Source: Trueperaceae bacterium (GTDB lineage: Bacteria > Deinococcota > Deinococci > Deinococcales > Trueperaceae). From it: a stretch of DNA of 64,000 nt. Positions 49,473 to 60,383 of the stretch are shown in pieces. Made by a program: the position numbers and the translations under genes. Position 1 is the stretch's first letter; each line of letters begins with the position of its first letter. Where the stretch lies: assembly GCA_034520945.1 (NCBI GenBank), contig JAXHNB010000006.1, positions 32,001 through 96,000 of the forward strand, written 5' to 3'. The notes beneath the pieces were generated by a model that did no database searches, was not told where the DNA came from, and was given only the letters and a program-made list of their open reading frames with translations.

Positions 49473-52400
49473 GTGGCAGGCAAGGGCAAGCGACAGCGTA
49501 CGCGCACCATGACGGTCGATCTGGAGGCGCTGGGCCTGGTGGCGTTGGCGCTGGGCGTGGCGATGGCGGGGCTGTTGATCCCGCGCTTCCCGACCGGCGA
49601 GCTGGGCACGGCCTTCCAGCGCGCGTTGGCCGGCCGGGTGGGGTGGGGCGCGTACCTACTGCCGTGGCCGTTCGTGGTTCTGGGCGGGTTCTTTTTGTTC
49701 CGCCGCAACCCGCCGGCCTGGCCGCGGGTCACCTTCGGGTACCTGCTGAGCGGCGTGGGGGCGTGGGGCGTGCTGATGCTGGTGCATCCCTCCGCCGCCG
49801 GGGCGTGGGGGGCCGAGGCGCGGGCGTGGCTGACCGGCGCCGGCGGGTGGCTGATGGCGGTTCCCGCGCTGTTGGCGTTCACGCTGGGGCTCGAGGCGAT
49901 GCTGGGCCTTCGGCCCACCCGCATCGTGCGCAGCGTGCTGCTGGGGCTGATGCGCGCCACCCGGCGCGCGGGGCGCTGGGCGCTGGCGGCGCGTCGCTCG
50001 GCACGGGCGCGGGCCGCCTTCCGTGCCGACGTGGCGTTGGTGCGCAAAGATCTGACGCGGGTCCAGCGTGACCTGGCGGCGCTGGCGGGGTTGTACCCCG
50101 GCAGCGCCGAACTGACGCGCTGGCGCGAGCAGGTTCAGGAGCTGAAGGGCCGCCTGCGCGGGGCCGACGGCGAGATGCTGGACGAGGCGCGTGCCGACGC
50201 GGCCAGTTGGCGCGCGGCCGTGGACGCGTTCACCGCCGATCGGGCCGAGGATCTGGTGGCGCACCTCCGCGCCGAGGGCGTGCGCGACTTCTTCGAGTGG
50301 GCCCGGACCCGCGCGGCCTACCTGGCGGGCGGCGTGGAGGGCGCGTCGCAGGTGGCGCAGGCGCTGGACGGCGTCCGCAAGGCGTTGGCGCTGGACCTGA
50401 CGGCGTTGGACACGCGCTACCGACGGCTCACCCGCGAGCGGGACCAGGCCGAGGCGGCGCTGGCCCGGGCCAGCGCCTCGTCGCTGGTGACCGCCAGCCA
50501 GGCGCATGCCGCGCGGCGTCAGGCCTACCACGAGGTCGCGGACGCCGCCGAGGCGCTGGAGCGCGACGCCGAGCACCTCGAGACCTGGCGCGACCTGGTG
50601 GGCGACGTGCAGCGCCTGCTGGAGGCGTTCCCGGACGAGCCCGAGGTGCACGATCTCGACGGCGCGCTGGCGGAGGACCTGCGCGCGCGGGGGCGCGCGG
50701 CGTTGTCGCAGCAGGCGCCCTGGGCCGAGGCGGTGGCGGCGGTCGAGGCGCGCGCGCAAGAGGCGCGCCGCCGCGCCAAGGAGGAGGCCGTCGCGGCGCA
50801 GGCGGTGGCCGCGCAGGCCGGCGCCGCTTCGTCGCCGGGCCGCACGGGGGTGAGCGACGAGGCGCTGTTGGGGCCGGCCGACGTGCCGGCCGGCGGAGAG
50901 GAGGACACGGCGACACCCGACGCGGAAACCGACGCGGAAACCGACGCCGACGCCCCGCCGTTCGATCCGACCGGCCAGGAGGCGGACGGCGCGGTGGGCC
51001 CGTCGTTGCCCCGCGGCGGCAGCCACGCCGTCCGGCCCAGCGCCACCCGCGACGCCGACGACATGCCCGAGGTGGGCGGCATCCCCATCCAATTGCCGCG
51101 CGACGACCTGCTGGATCCGGGGCGCCCTCACGGCGACGACCCCGAGGCGCAACGACGCGAGGTGGAGATGCGCGTCCGCAAGATCGACCAGACGCTGGCC
51201 AACTTCAACCTGCAGGGCCGCGTCGTCAGTTCCGTGCGGGGCCCGACCGTGACGCGCTTCGAGGTCGAGCCGGCCCCCGGCGAGAAGATCGCGCGGTTCT
51301 CGAACCTGGCGGACGACCTGGCGCTGGCGATGGCGGCCAGCTCCGTGCGGATCGAGGCGCCCATCCCCGGCAAGAGCGTGATCGGTCTGGAGGTCCCCAA
51401 CGCCGATCGGGACCTGATCCGCTTCCGGGAGGCGGTGGAGTCCCCCAGCTACGCCCGTGCCAAAGCCCGCTTGCCGTTGATCCTCGGCAAGTCGATCGAC
51501 GGCCAGATGTGGGTCGGGGACCTCGCCAAGATGCCGCACCTGCTGATCGCCGGGTCGACCGGCTCAGGAAAGTCGGTGGCGGTGAACACCATGATCGCCA
51601 GCCTGGTGTTCAAGTTCCTGCCGACCGACCTGCGCCTGCTGATGATCGACCCCAAGATGGTGGAGTTGACGCCGTTCGACGGCGCGCCGCACCTGATCCG
51701 CCCGGTGGTGACCAACCCCGCCGACGCGGCCGGCGTGCTGCTGGGGGCGGTGTCGCACATGGAGCGGCGCTACAAGATGATGAGCCGCATCGGCGCCAAG
51801 AACCTGGATCAGTACAACGAGAAGGCCCGCAACCTGGACCTGCCGCACCTGCCGTTCGTGGTGATCGTCATCGACGAGCTGGCCGACCTGATGATCACCA
51901 GCCCCAAGGAGGTCGAGTCCGCCATCATGCGGTTGGCACAGATGGCCCGCGCGACCGGCATGCACCTGATCCTGGCCACGCAGCGCCCCTCGGTCGACAT
52001 CCTCACCAGCCTGATCAAGGTCAACGTGCCCGCCCGGGTGGCGTTCGCGGTCAGCTCCAGCCACGACTCCCGCACCATCCTGGACACGATGGGGGCCGAA
52101 CGGCTGGTCGGCCTGGGCGACATGCTGTTCTACCAGCCGGGCCTGGTGAAGCCCGCCCGTTTGCAGGGGCCCTTCGTCAGCGAGGACGAGATCGCGGCGC
52201 TGGCCGCATTCCTGCGGCGGCAGTACTTCGACGACGAGTTCGTCGAGGCGTACGCCGCCGACTTCGAGCCGGTCTCGGCCGACGAGTCGGAGGCGTCCGG
52301 CCTGATCGACTGGAACGACGACAAGCTCCGGGTCGCGGCCGAAATGGTGATCAACGAGCAGCAGGCCAGCGTCAGCCGATTGCAGCGACGCCTGTCGGTC

Positions 52401-52529
52401 GGGCATGCCCGCGCCGGCAAGTTGATGGACTCGCTCGAGGCGCTCGGCGTGGTCGGTTCGCACGTCGGCAGCAAGCCGCGCGAGGTGCTGGTGGCGCTGG
52501 AGGACCTCCCCGACATCTTCGGCCGCTGA
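49473..52529 (+). CDS. ftsK: DNA translocase FtsK/SpoIIIE
   Basis: N-terminal TMs, [35 protein letters not shown], gamma domain SRLQRRL. Confidence 0.96.
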   Translation: MAGKGKRQRTRTMTVDLEALGLVALALGVAMAGLLIPRFPTGELGTAFQRALAGRVGWGAYLLPWPFVVLGGFFLFRRNPPAWPRVTFGYLLSGVGAWGVLMLVHPSAAGAWGAEARAWLTGAGGWLMAVPALLAFTLGLEAMLGLRPTRIVRSVLLGLMRATRRAGRWALAARRSARARAAFRADVALVRKDLTRVQRDLAALAGLYPGSAELTRWREQVQELKGRLRGADGEMLDEARADAASWRAAVDAFTADRAEDLVAHLRAEGVRDFFEWARTRAAYLAGGVEGASQVAQALDGVRKALALDLTALDTRYRRLTRERDQAEAALARASASSLVTASQAHAARRQAYHEVADAAEALERDAEHLETWRDLVGDVQRLLEAFPDEPEVHDLDGALAEDLRARGRAALSQQAPWAEAVAAVEARAQEARRRAKEEAVAAQAVAAQAGAASSPGRTGVSDEALLGPADVPAGGEEDTATPDAETDAETDADAPPFDPTGQEADGAVGPSLPRGGSHAVRPSATRDADDMPEVGGIPIQLPRDDLLDPGRPHGDDPEAQRREVEMRVRKIDQTLANFNLQGRVVSSVRGPTVTRFEVEPAPGEKIARFSNLADDLALAMAASSVRIEAPIPGKSVIGLEVPNADRDLIRFREAVESPSYARAKARLPLILGKSIDGQMWVGDLAKMPHLLIAGSTGSGKSVAVNTMIASLVFKFLPTDLRLLMIDPKMVELTPFDGAPHLIRPVVTNPADAAGVLLGAVSHMERRYKMMSRIGAKNLDQYNEKARNLDLPHLPFVVIVIDELADLMITSPKEVESAIMRLAQMARATGMHLILATQRPSVDILTSLIKVNVPARVAFAVSSSHDSRTILDTMGAERLVGLGDMLFYQPGLVKPARLQGPFVSEDEIAALAAFLRRQYFDDEFVEAYAADFEPVSADESEASGLIDWNDDKLRVAAEMVINEQQASVSRLQRRLSVGHARAGKLMDSLEALGVVGSHVGSKPREVLVALEDLPDIFGR

Positions 52530-52545
52530 GCCGCGGCGCGGTCGC

Positions 52546-53652
52546 TCAGGCGGCGGCCGGGGGTGCGCGGTCGTGACTCAACAGGTTCTCGCCGATCTCG
52601 GCACTGGCGGCCAGCGCCTCGACGAAGCGTTCCGCGTCCGGCCCGCCGTCCTGCTCGTGTTGGATCTCCCCGGCACTCAGCGCCTCCAGGAACGCGTCGT
52701 GCACGGAGGGATCGAAGTGCGTGCCCCGACCTTCGTCCAGGATCTGCAGCGCGTCGCTGCGCGTCATGGGGCCCCGGTAGGGCCGGTCGCTGGTGAGCGC
52801 CTCGTAGACGTCGGCCACCGCGAGGATCCGGCCGAACCGCGGGATCTGCGCCCCTGCCAGCCCGCGCGGGTACCCCCAACCGTCGTACCTCTCGTGGTGG
52901 CTCAGCAGCCCCTCGGCGATCGGCGCGAAGTGCTCCGAGACATCCAGCAGCACGTCGCGTCCGATCGCGCAATGCAGCTTCACCTCGTCCATCTCCGCGG
53001 CGTCCAATCGGCCCGGCTTGCGGAGGATCGATTCGGACACCCCGATCTTGCCGAGGTCGTGCAGCAGGCCCGACCAGTACAGTCGCCCCAACGCGTCGTG
53101 CGACATGCCCAGGTGGCGCCCGATGGCCACGGCGTTGCGGGCGACGCGCTCGCAATGGCCGAAGGTCTGTGCGTCGCGTTGCTCGACCAAGCGGGCGAAC
53201 ACCCGCAGGCTGCGACCGTAGGTGCTGGCAAGCTGCTGGCGCAGGCGCGCCGTGCTGCGGAAGCGGGCCCGAAGCACCTCGAAGCCGAGCGCGGCCGCGC
53301 CCCCGATCGCCACGAAGAACGCACCGCGGAACAGCCAGGCGGAGGTCGCCTGCGGCGTGCCGGCCGCGACGTCCAGCGGCATCAGCGGCCCCAGCAGGAT
53401 CGTCGCCGCCGCGGCGCTCGCCACGGCCGCGCGTGGCCCCAGCCCCGCGGCGGCCAGCAGGATCGGCAGGTAGGCGGCGTGCAGGTACGGTTCGCGGGTG
53501 CCGCCGGTCGCCCACACCAGCCCCCAGACGGCCACCAGGCACGCGGCCACGACCGGGACGGTGATGCGCGGATCGACGGCCCGCAGAACGCGGCTGCGGG
53601 CCAGAAGCACATCGAGGCGATCCGGATCGAACGGCGGCCATGCGCGTGGCAT
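52546..53652 (-). CDS. Membrane-bound HD-GYP cyclic dinucleotide phosphodiesterase
   Basis: N-terminal TMs, HCERV, LLHDLGKI, HHERYDGWGYP, VADVYEALTSDRPYR. Confidence 0.92.
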   Translation of the reverse strand: MPRAWPPFDPDRLDVLLARSRVLRAVDPRITVPVVAACLVAVWGLVWATGGTREPYLHAAYLPILLAAAGLGPRAAVASAAAATILLGPLMPLDVAAGTPQATSAWLFRGAFFVAIGGAAALGFEVLRARFRSTARLRQQLASTYGRSLRVFARLVEQRDAQTFGHCERVARNAVAIGRHLGMSHDALGRLYWSGLLHDLGKIGVSESILRKPGRLDAAEMDEVKLHCAIGRDVLLDVSEHFAPIAEGLLSHHERYDGWGYPRGLAGAQIPRFGRILAVADVYEALTSDRPYRGPMTRSDALQILDEGRGTHFDPSVHDAFLEALSAGEIQHEQDGGPDAERFVEALAASAEIGENLLSHDRAPPAAA

Positions 53653-53820
53653 CTGTGTCCCTTTCGCGTTCGGGGGCGTCTCGGCGTCGCGGCGGGGCGC
53701 ATGCGTTGGCGCTCCGCGACGCGCGTCGCCGGCCCCCCGGGCCCGGCGACGATGGCAGGTAGCCTAGCGGGCGGTGGTTTAAATCGTGCCTAACAGCGGC
53801 GTTGCCGAGCGCTGGCGCCG

Positions 53821-54744
53821 TCAGTCCAAGCGCTCGACCGTCACCTGCGCGCGCACCCGCTCGACGTCGTCACGGCGGCAGAGGTCGGTGCCCGGCGTGA
53901 GGGCGGTCGCCGTGCCGCACGCGACGCCCAGCCGCAAGGCCTCCGCCGGGTCGGCGCCGTCCGCGCGGGCCACCAGCACGCCCGCCAGCAACGCATCGCC
54001 GGCGCCCAGCGCGGAGTCCACCTCGACCCGCGGCGGGACCGCCAGCCAGGCCCCCTCGGCGCCGATCCATACCGCCCCCTGCGCGCCCAGGCTGCACACC
54101 ACGATCTCCGCGCCGAGGGCGCGTGCCGCCTCGCCCGCCCGGCGGGCGGAGGCCGCATCGTCGACGCTTTGGCCCACCAGCCTGCCCAGTTCGAACGCGT
54201 TCGGCTTGATCACCGTCGCCCCGGCCGCCAGTGAGGCGCGCAGGTGCCGGTCGGTGTCCACCGCGACGGTGACGCCGTCCTCCGCCGCTCGTCCCGACAG
54301 GCGGGCGTAGTAGTCACTGGGCATGCCCGGCAGCAGGCTGCCGCTCAGCACCAGCGCGTCGGGCACGCGTAGTTCGAACACGGCCTCGGTCAACGCCTCG
54401 ATCTCGGGCCCCTGCACCTCGGGGCCCGGACCGGACACGCGGACCTGGCGGCCGGCGTCGTCCTGCAGGATGGCGTTGGTGCGCGTACGCCCGTCGTGCC
54501 AGGAGAACCAGGTGCGGACCTCCTCGGCGCGGAGCAGGTCCAGCAGCTCCTCGCCGGCCCGCCCGCCCGCGAAGCCCATCGCGATCGTGGCGTGCCCCAG
54601 CCGCGTCGCCACACGCGACACGTTCACGCCCTTGCCGCCCGCGGCCCGATGCACGGTGGACGCCCGCACGGTGTCGTCGTACCGGAGGGCCGGCACCCGG
54701 TAGGTGAGGTCGAGGGCGGGGTTGACGGTCAGGGTGTGGATCAT
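53821..54744 (-). CDS. 1-phosphofructokinase/PfkB-family hexose-phosphate kinase
   Basis: TLTVNPALD, GGKGVNVS, IKPNAFEL, GAGDALLAG. Confidence 0.92.
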   Translation of the reverse strand: MIHTLTVNPALDLTYRVPALRYDDTVRASTVHRAAGGKGVNVSRVATRLGHATIAMGFAGGRAGEELLDLLRAEEVRTWFSWHDGRTRTNAILQDDAGRQVRVSGPGPEVQGPEIEALTEAVFELRVPDALVLSGSLLPGMPSDYYARLSGRAAEDGVTVAVDTDRHLRASLAAGATVIKPNAFELGRLVGQSVDDAASARRAGEAARALGAEIVVCSLGAQGAVWIGAEGAWLAVPPRVEVDSALGAGDALLAGVLVARADGADPAEALRLGVACGTATALTPGTDLCRRDDVERVRAQVTVERLD

Positions 54745-54785
54745 GTGCCCAGCATAGGGTCGGTCGCCGACCGAGACGGCGCGGC

Positions 54786-55265
54786 CTACGCCCCAGCGTC
54801 CGCGCCCGGTGGGACCGGCAGGGTGAACAGGGCCAGCTCGTCGTGTTCCTCGAAGCCTTGCTTGGGATAAAAGTCACGCTCGTAGGCGTCGCCCTCGCGG
54901 CCGCTGTACAGCACCACCCGCACGCACCCCCGCCGGGAGGCCTCCTGCCGGATGCGCGCCAGCAGAGCGCTGCCGGCGCCGTTGCCGCGCGCCCGGCTGT
55001 GCACGAACAGGTCGGAGACCAGCGCGTCCCGGCCGTGCCGGAGGTTGTGAGTCCAGTTCACCGCCGCGAATCCCACCACGCCTTCACGGCTCCGTTCGGC
55101 CACGAACACGTCGTGCGGCTCCTCCTCGGTCGCTTCGATCTGCGCGCGCAGTCGTTGCCGCGTCAGGGCGTCGGGCTCGGCGACCACCTGCAACACGCCG
55201 GCGTCGTCCAGGATCTCGGCGACGTCGGAGGCGTCGAACGGGTCTGCGGGGCGGACGTGGATCAC
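54786..55265 (-). CDS. GNAT-family N-acetyltransferase
   Basis: LFVHSRARGNGAGSALL, FYPKQGF; GGAGG RBS before GTG. Confidence 0.85.
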   Translation of the reverse strand: MIHVRPADPFDASDVAEILDDAGVLQVVAEPDALTRQRLRAQIEATEEEPHDVFVAERSREGVVGFAAVNWTHNLRHGRDALVSDLFVHSRARGNGAGSALLARIRQEASRRGCVRVVLYSGREGDAYERDFYPKQGFEEHDELALFTLPVPPGADAGA

Positions 55266-55399
55266 GGGGAACCTCCCGGGGGTGGAACGCGGGGGCGGAA
55301 CGTAGGTGGACGGGGGCCGCCACGTGAACCTAGGACGCGTGGCGGCACGTCGGCGTCGCACGGGCGACGGCCAGAAGCGGGGCGGTAGACTGCCCGGCG

Positions 55400-55891
55400 A
55401 TGCGCGTCGTGGCCTTCTACCTGCTGCTTCTGAGTGGCCAGGGTCTGCTCTCGGCCCTGTTCGGCACCCTGCCGGCGCCGGATCTGTTCCTGATCATGGC
55501 GTTGACGTTGCTGGGGCGCATCGCCCCCTGGCAGCTGGTGGTGGCGGCGTACGGGATCGGCCTGGTGCAGGACGTGATCGGGTTCGGCGCCCTCGGCCTG
55601 CACGCGATCGCGCTGGCAGGCGCCGCACTGGTGGCGTCGGCGGTCCGGGCGCAGCTCACCGGCACGGGCGTGCTGGAGCGGCTGCTGATGGTGCTTTCGG
55701 CGCAGGCCGGCAAGTGGGTGGTCGCGGCCCTGCTGCTCACCTGGTTGTCCGGCACGATGCAGGATCCCGCCCAGCTCCTGGCGGTCGCGGTCACCGAGAC
55801 GGTGCTGACCACAGCGTTCGCCCTTGTGCTGCTGCCCTGGGCCGATGCGATCATGAACAAGAGCAAGATGTTGCAGAAGGAGCTGCTGTGA
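55400..55891 (+). CDS. mreD: Rod shape-determining protein MreD
   Basis: PDLFL, GIGLVQD, GLHAIAL; overlaps the PBP2 start. Confidence 0.82.
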   Translation: MRVVAFYLLLLSGQGLLSALFGTLPAPDLFLIMALTLLGRIAPWQLVVAAYGIGLVQDVIGFGALGLHAIALAGAALVASAVRAQLTGTGVLERLLMVLSAQAGKWVVAALLLTWLSGTMQDPAQLLAVAVTETVLTTAFALVLLPWADAIMNKSKMLQKELL

Positions 55892-57675
55892 TCTCGAGGA
55901 TGCGCGTGCTGCTGGCGGTGATGCTCACCGTCCTGGTGGTGTTCACCGGGCGGCTGATGTACCTTCAGTTGGCCCGCGCCGAGCAGTACAGCGACCTCTC
56001 CCGCCAGAACTTCACCCACCCGCAGCGCATCGCGCCGCTGCGGGGGCGGCTTTTGTCGCGTGACGGCACTGTGCTGGCCGACAACCGCGTGGCGTACGAC
56101 CTGATGTACTGGGGGGGCGAGGTTCGTGGATGGTCGCGCCTGGCGCACCTGCTGGATCTGGAGGGCCCCCCGCGCCCGCCCGACGCCGAGGTGCCGAGCG
56201 AGGTACGCAACGGCGCGGTGGTGGCATGGAACATCGACGACGAGCTCGTCCCCGCGGTGGAGGAACGCGTCGCGGGGCAGCCGAATCTGTATTTGCGCGA
56301 ACGCATCGAGCGGATCTACCCCACCAACCTAGCGGCGCAAACGGTCGGCTACACCGGGCTGGCGGACCCGGAACGGCACCCGGGCTACGGCCTGGACGAC
56401 ATGATCGGGGTGTCGGGCCTCGAGGCCGGCTTGGAGGAGATCCTGTACGGCGCGCCGGGTCGGGCGCTGGTGGAGGTCGATCACCGCGGCGTCCCGCTGG
56501 TGCGGCGCGAGCTCGAACCGGCCACGCCGGGCACCGACGTCGTCCTCACCCTGGACACGGATGCGCAGCGGGCGGCGGAGGACGCGCTCGAAGGGGCAGC
56601 CCAGTACGTCAACGAGGTGCGCGCCGAGAACGGGCTTCCGCGCGTTACGCGCACCAAGGGGGCGCTGCTGGCGATGGACGTCCATACCGGTGACGTGGTG
56701 GCGATGGCGTCGCTGCCGACGTTCGATCAGAACCTGTTCACCCACCGTCCCAACGATCCCGAGACGCTGGCCGACGTGCTCTCCGACGACGACGGCAAGC
56801 CGCTCGCGAACCGCGCGATCCAGGCGTTCCCTCCCGCCTCGACGTACAAGCTTGTGACGTCGTACACGCTGCTGGAGCGCGGGTTCGTGGGGCCGGGCAC
56901 CCGCTACGGCTGCTCGGCGCGGCTGTCGTTCGGCGGCATCATCTGGCGGAATTGGGCGACGTACTACCGTGGCGACTACACCGTCACCGAAGCGATCGCG
57001 GACAGCTGCAACACCTACTACTGGCGCGCTGCGATCGACACCCCCGACTTCCGCGAGGGGTGGGCGGCGTTCGCGCAAGCCCTGCAGGAGGATGCGCAGC
57101 GGTTCGGCTACGGGCGGACCATCGGCGTGGGCCTGCCGGCCGAACACTCGGGTCGCGTCCCCGACGAGGACTGGACGCGTCAGGCGAAGGACACCCCCTG
57201 GTACCCCGGCTACACCCTGAACACCGTGATCGGTCAGGGCGACGTGCTGGCCACGCCGCTGCAGACGCTGCAGTTCGTGGGTGCCCTGGCCAATCGGGGG
57301 GATCTGGTGCAGCCCCGCCTGGTTCGCGCCGTGGGCGGCGAGCCCCGACCCGTCCGCACGCGCCAGATCCCCGGCGACTCCTGGGACGTGCTGGCCGAAG
57401 GGATGCGGCGCATGGTGACCGACTACGGCGCCAGCCGGCGGATCGGGCCGCAGGCGGACTTCCCCCTCGCCGTGGCCGGCAAGACCGGCACGGCCGAGGC
57501 GGGCGGGCCGGAGGGCATGGAGCACGCCTGGTTCATGGCCTACGCCCCGGCCGGCGATCCCGACATCGCGGTGGTAGCATTTCTCGAGAACGCCGGCTCC
57601 AGCAGCGCAACGGCGGTGCCGGTCGTGCGCGACTTCCTGGCCGACCACTACGACCTGGACTGGGACGGTGACTGA
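55888..57675 (+). CDS. mrdA: Penicillin-binding protein 2 (class B)
   Basis: RLMYLQ, APLRGRL, ASTYK (SxxK), SCN, KTG. Confidence 0.92.
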   Translation: MISRMRVLLAVMLTVLVVFTGRLMYLQLARAEQYSDLSRQNFTHPQRIAPLRGRLLSRDGTVLADNRVAYDLMYWGGEVRGWSRLAHLLDLEGPPRPPDAEVPSEVRNGAVVAWNIDDELVPAVEERVAGQPNLYLRERIERIYPTNLAAQTVGYTGLADPERHPGYGLDDMIGVSGLEAGLEEILYGAPGRALVEVDHRGVPLVRRELEPATPGTDVVLTLDTDAQRAAEDALEGAAQYVNEVRAENGLPRVTRTKGALLAMDVHTGDVVAMASLPTFDQNLFTHRPNDPETLADVLSDDDGKPLANRAIQAFPPASTYKLVTSYTLLERGFVGPGTRYGCSARLSFGGIIWRNWATYYRGDYTVTEAIADSCNTYYWRAAIDTPDFREGWAAFAQALQEDAQRFGYGRTIGVGLPAEHSGRVPDEDWTRQAKDTPWYPGYTLNTVIGQGDVLATPLQTLQFVGALANRGDLVQPRLVRAVGGEPRPVRTRQIPGDSWDVLAEGMRRMVTDYGASRRIGPQADFPLAVAGKTGTAEAGGPEGMEHAWFMAYAPAGDPDIAVVAFLENAGSSSATAVPVVRDFLADHYDLDWDGD

Positions 57676-57678
57676 CTC

Positions 57679-58239
57679 GTGAAAGCACGTGGCATTCGTG
57701 GGGGGATCCTGCTCACGTTGGCCCCCGACGATACGTTGGACACGGTGCAGGCCGCCCTGGCCGAACACCGCTCGATCCTGACCGGCACCGTCTCGGTCGA
57801 GGTGGCGGCCCGCGTGGAGCTGGAGCTCTTGGACGCGATCCGCGAGGCGACGGAGGCAGCAGGGGGCCGCCTGGCCGACGTGCGCCCGCCCCAGGCGCGT
57901 GAGCAGCCCCGCGGCGAGACCGTGATCCTCTCCCGCACCGTCCGCTCCGGCGCCCGGGTCGAGTCGGCCGGCTCGGTGGTGATCCTCGGCGACGTGAACG
58001 CCGGCGCGGAGATCCTCGCCAACGACGACATCATCGTGATCGGCACCCTGCGAGGCCTGGCGCACGCCGGCGCGGGCGGCAACGACAAGGCCCTGATCTG
58101 GGCCCAGCGCATCCGCAGCCCGCAGCTCCGCATCGGCCCCGCCCTGGCGCAGGCGGGCGGCGACGACGGCCGGACCCACGGGCCCGAGGTGGCGCACCTC
58201 GAGGAGGGCCAGATCGTGTTGCGCCCCTGGGGGCCCTGA
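57679..58239 (+). CDS. minC: Septum site-determining protein MinC
   Basis: RTVRSG, GDVNAGAEI, GTLRGLAHAG. Confidence 0.92.
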   Translation: MKARGIRGGILLTLAPDDTLDTVQAALAEHRSILTGTVSVEVAARVELELLDAIREATEAAGGRLADVRPPQAREQPRGETVILSRTVRSGARVESAGSVVILGDVNAGAEILANDDIIVIGTLRGLAHAGAGGNDKALIWAQRIRSPQLRIGPALAQAGGDDGRTHGPEVAHLEEGQIVLRPWGP

Positions 58240-58241
58240 CC

Positions 58242-58553
58242 TCAGGGCCGCGGCGGTGGCCCCTCCCGCCACGCGCCGTCCGGACCGCCCTGCCAGTGCA
58301 CCTCGCCCTCCGGCGCGCGCAGCAGGCGCTCGGCGATCTCCTCCAATCGCACCCGGTAGGCGAAGCGGGTGCGCAGCATCCAAAGCTCCAACGCGCGACA
58401 CAGCGTCGGCACGTCGTGGGCGTGGTCCAGGGCCCGGGTACGCCGCGCGTACGCCAGCGCCCGATTCACGGCCAGGTCGAACAACGCCTCGCGGCCGTCG
58501 TTGCCGCCGGCCGTCACCGCCACCCCTTGCCGGCGCTCGTGCCGTCGAGGCAT
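58242..58553 (-). CDS. Hypothetical protein (last gene of the rrf2 operon; start uncertain)
   Basis: ORF directly downstream of tyrA with protein-like composition (LFDLAVNRA...W...TRFAYR...W.GG..G.W). Confidence 0.6.
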   Translation of the reverse strand: MPRRHERRQGVAVTAGGNDGREALFDLAVNRALAYARRTRALDHAHDVPTLCRALELWMLRTRFAYRVRLEEIAERLLRAPEGEVHWQGGPDGAWREGPPPRP

Positions 58554-58564
58554 CCGGCCATGCG

Positions 58565-59656
58565 CTACGCCCCGTGGCCGCGCGCCTCGTAGCCCGCGGT
58601 CCGTAGGGCCTGCTCGGCCCGGGCGGCGGTCTCCTCGTCCTCGAACGCCAGCCGCACCGCGCCTCCGGCCTCACGGATCGACAACACCTCGATCTCCTTG
58701 ATGTTCACGTCCGCCTCCCCGCACGCCGCGGTGATGCGTGCCAGCTGGCCCGGCACGTCCGGCACGGCCAGCACCACCTCGGGGCGCCGTGGCAGGAGGC
58801 TGCGCCGCACGACGGGAATGGCGTCGCGGGCCCGTTTGGCCTCCTGCGCCGCCGCCAACAGGGCGTCGGGATCGTCCAGCATCCCCTCCAGGCGGTCCAG
58901 CGACGCCCGGAAACGCCGCAGGGCGTCCCGCACGGCGGCGGCGTTGCTGGACACCATGTCGCGGCTCATCACCGGCGAGCCCGACGCGACCCGCGTCAGG
59001 TCGCGGAACCCGCCGGCCGCCAGCAGCATCATCAGGTCCCGCTCGCCGTCCTGGTGCGCCACCTGCGTCAGCGCCAACGAGGACAGGTACGGAAGGTGCG
59101 ACACCGTGGCCACCAAGCGGTCGTGCTGCTCGGGCGGCACCTCCAGGCTCCGCGCCCCGAGATGCGTCACGAACGTTCGCACGCGTTCCAGCGCGCCCGG
59201 GTCGGTGGACGGGGTCGGGGTCAGCACCCATACCGCGTTCTCGATCAGGTGCGCGTCGGCGTTGCGCACCCCGGCCCGGTCGGAGCCCGCCATGGGGTGC
59301 CCGCCGACGAAGCGGAGGTCGGACAGGGCGTCGACGATGGGGCGCTTGACCGAGCCGACGTCGGTCACGATCGCGTTCGGGGCGAGGTAGGGGGCCAGCT
59401 CGCGCGCCAGGGGCACCAGCAGCCGCGCCGGCGTGGCCAACACCACCAGGTCGGCGTCGGCCAGCCACGGGCCCGGATCGACGCGCGCTTCGTCCACCAC
59501 GCCGTGAAACCGGGCCACCTCCAGAACCTCCGGGTCTCGGTCCAGACCGATCACGCGGTCGGCCAGGAACCGCTGGCGCGCCCCCAGCGCCACCGATCCG
59601 CCGATCAGCCCGACGCCGGCCACCACCACCGTCCCGAACAGTGGGGCGGGCCGCAC
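58565..59656 (-). CDS. tyrA: Prephenate/arogenate dehydrogenase with C-terminal ACT domain
   Basis: GVGLIGGS, DVGSVK, GGHPMAGS, SHLP, GGFRDLTRVA, PDVPGQL. Confidence 0.95.
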   Translation of the reverse strand: MRPAPLFGTVVVAGVGLIGGSVALGARQRFLADRVIGLDRDPEVLEVARFHGVVDEARVDPGPWLADADLVVLATPARLLVPLARELAPYLAPNAIVTDVGSVKRPIVDALSDLRFVGGHPMAGSDRAGVRNADAHLIENAVWVLTPTPSTDPGALERVRTFVTHLGARSLEVPPEQHDRLVATVSHLPYLSSLALTQVAHQDGERDLMMLLAAGGFRDLTRVASGSPVMSRDMVSSNAAAVRDALRRFRASLDRLEGMLDDPDALLAAAQEAKRARDAIPVVRRSLLPRRPEVVLAVPDVPGQLARITAACGEADVNIKEIEVLSIREAGGAVRLAFEDEETAARAEQALRTAGYEARGHGA

Positions 59657-59657
59657 C

Positions 59658-60383
59658 TCAGGTCCCCAACGCCGCGGCGAAGGCCCGGAACGGCGCCGCC
59701 TGCGCGGGGTGACGGGCGAACGACATCTCGGGGTGCCACTGGACGCCGATCAGCGCTGCGCCGGCCGCCGCGCCGGCCGCCTCGACCAGCCCGTCGTCGG
59801 CGTGCGCCCACGGCAGCAACGACGGGGCCAGCCGGTCGATGCCCTGGTGGTGGTAGCTGTTCACACGGACCTCACGGGCGTCGAACGCCTCCGCCAGGGG
59901 GCCCTGCGTCAACCGCACGCGGTGCGCGGGGTCGCCGTCCGGCGCGGCTTGGGCATGCTGGTGCAGCCCGGCCACGCTCGGCAGGTGCTGATGCAGGGTG
60001 CCGCCTTCGGCCACGTTGACGACCTGAAGGCCGCGGCAGATGGCGAGGATGGGCAGCCCCGCCGCGCGGGCCTCGCGGTACAGGGCCAGCTCCAGTGCGT
60101 CCCGTTCCGGGTCGACCTCCTCCAGCTCGGGGTGCGGGGCCTGGCCGAAGTGCGCGGGGTCGAGGTCGCCCCCGCCGCTGAGCACCAGGCCGTCCTGGCG
60201 CGCCAACGCCTCGGCGGCCAGTTCGGCCGTCAGGCACGGCGCCAGCGTCGGCAGCAGGCCGACCCGCACCAGCGCGTCGGCGTAGTTCCGTCCCGTGCAG
60301 GCCTCCCGGCGCCGCAGGGGCGACGCGCGCCAGGTCTGGCCGGTGGTGATCAGCACGCGCGGGCGCGGGGCCGTCCCGCTCAT
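59658..60383 (-). CDS. puuD: Gamma-glutamyl-gamma-aminobutyrate hydrolase family (peptidase C26)
   Basis: LSGGGD, ICRGLQ, VNSYHHQ, VQWHPE. Confidence 0.88.
   Translation of the reverse strand: MSGTAPRPRVLITTGQTWRASPLRRREACTGRNYADALVRVGLLPTLAPCLTAELAAEALARQDGLVLSGGGDLDPAHFGQAPHPELEEVDPERDALELALYREARAAGLPILAICRGLQVVNVAEGGTLHQHLPSVAGLHQHAQAAPDGDPAHRVRLTQGPLAEAFDAREVRVNSYHHQGIDRLAPSLLPWAHADDGLVEAAGAAAGAALIGVQWHPEMSFARHPAQAAPFRAFAAALGT

Noticed and set aside
53775..53795. dif site or DtxR box in the AT-rich patch near ftsK
   Set aside because: No TTATGTTAAAT XerD arm and poor dyad symmetry; more likely part of the HD-GYP promoter.
53660..53820. c-di-GMP-I riboswitch upstream of the HD-GYP gene
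   Set aside because: A 3'-half-like string (GCCTAA..CAGCGGCGTTGCCGA) lies on the wrong strand, and the [19 protein letters not shown]2 elements are absent.
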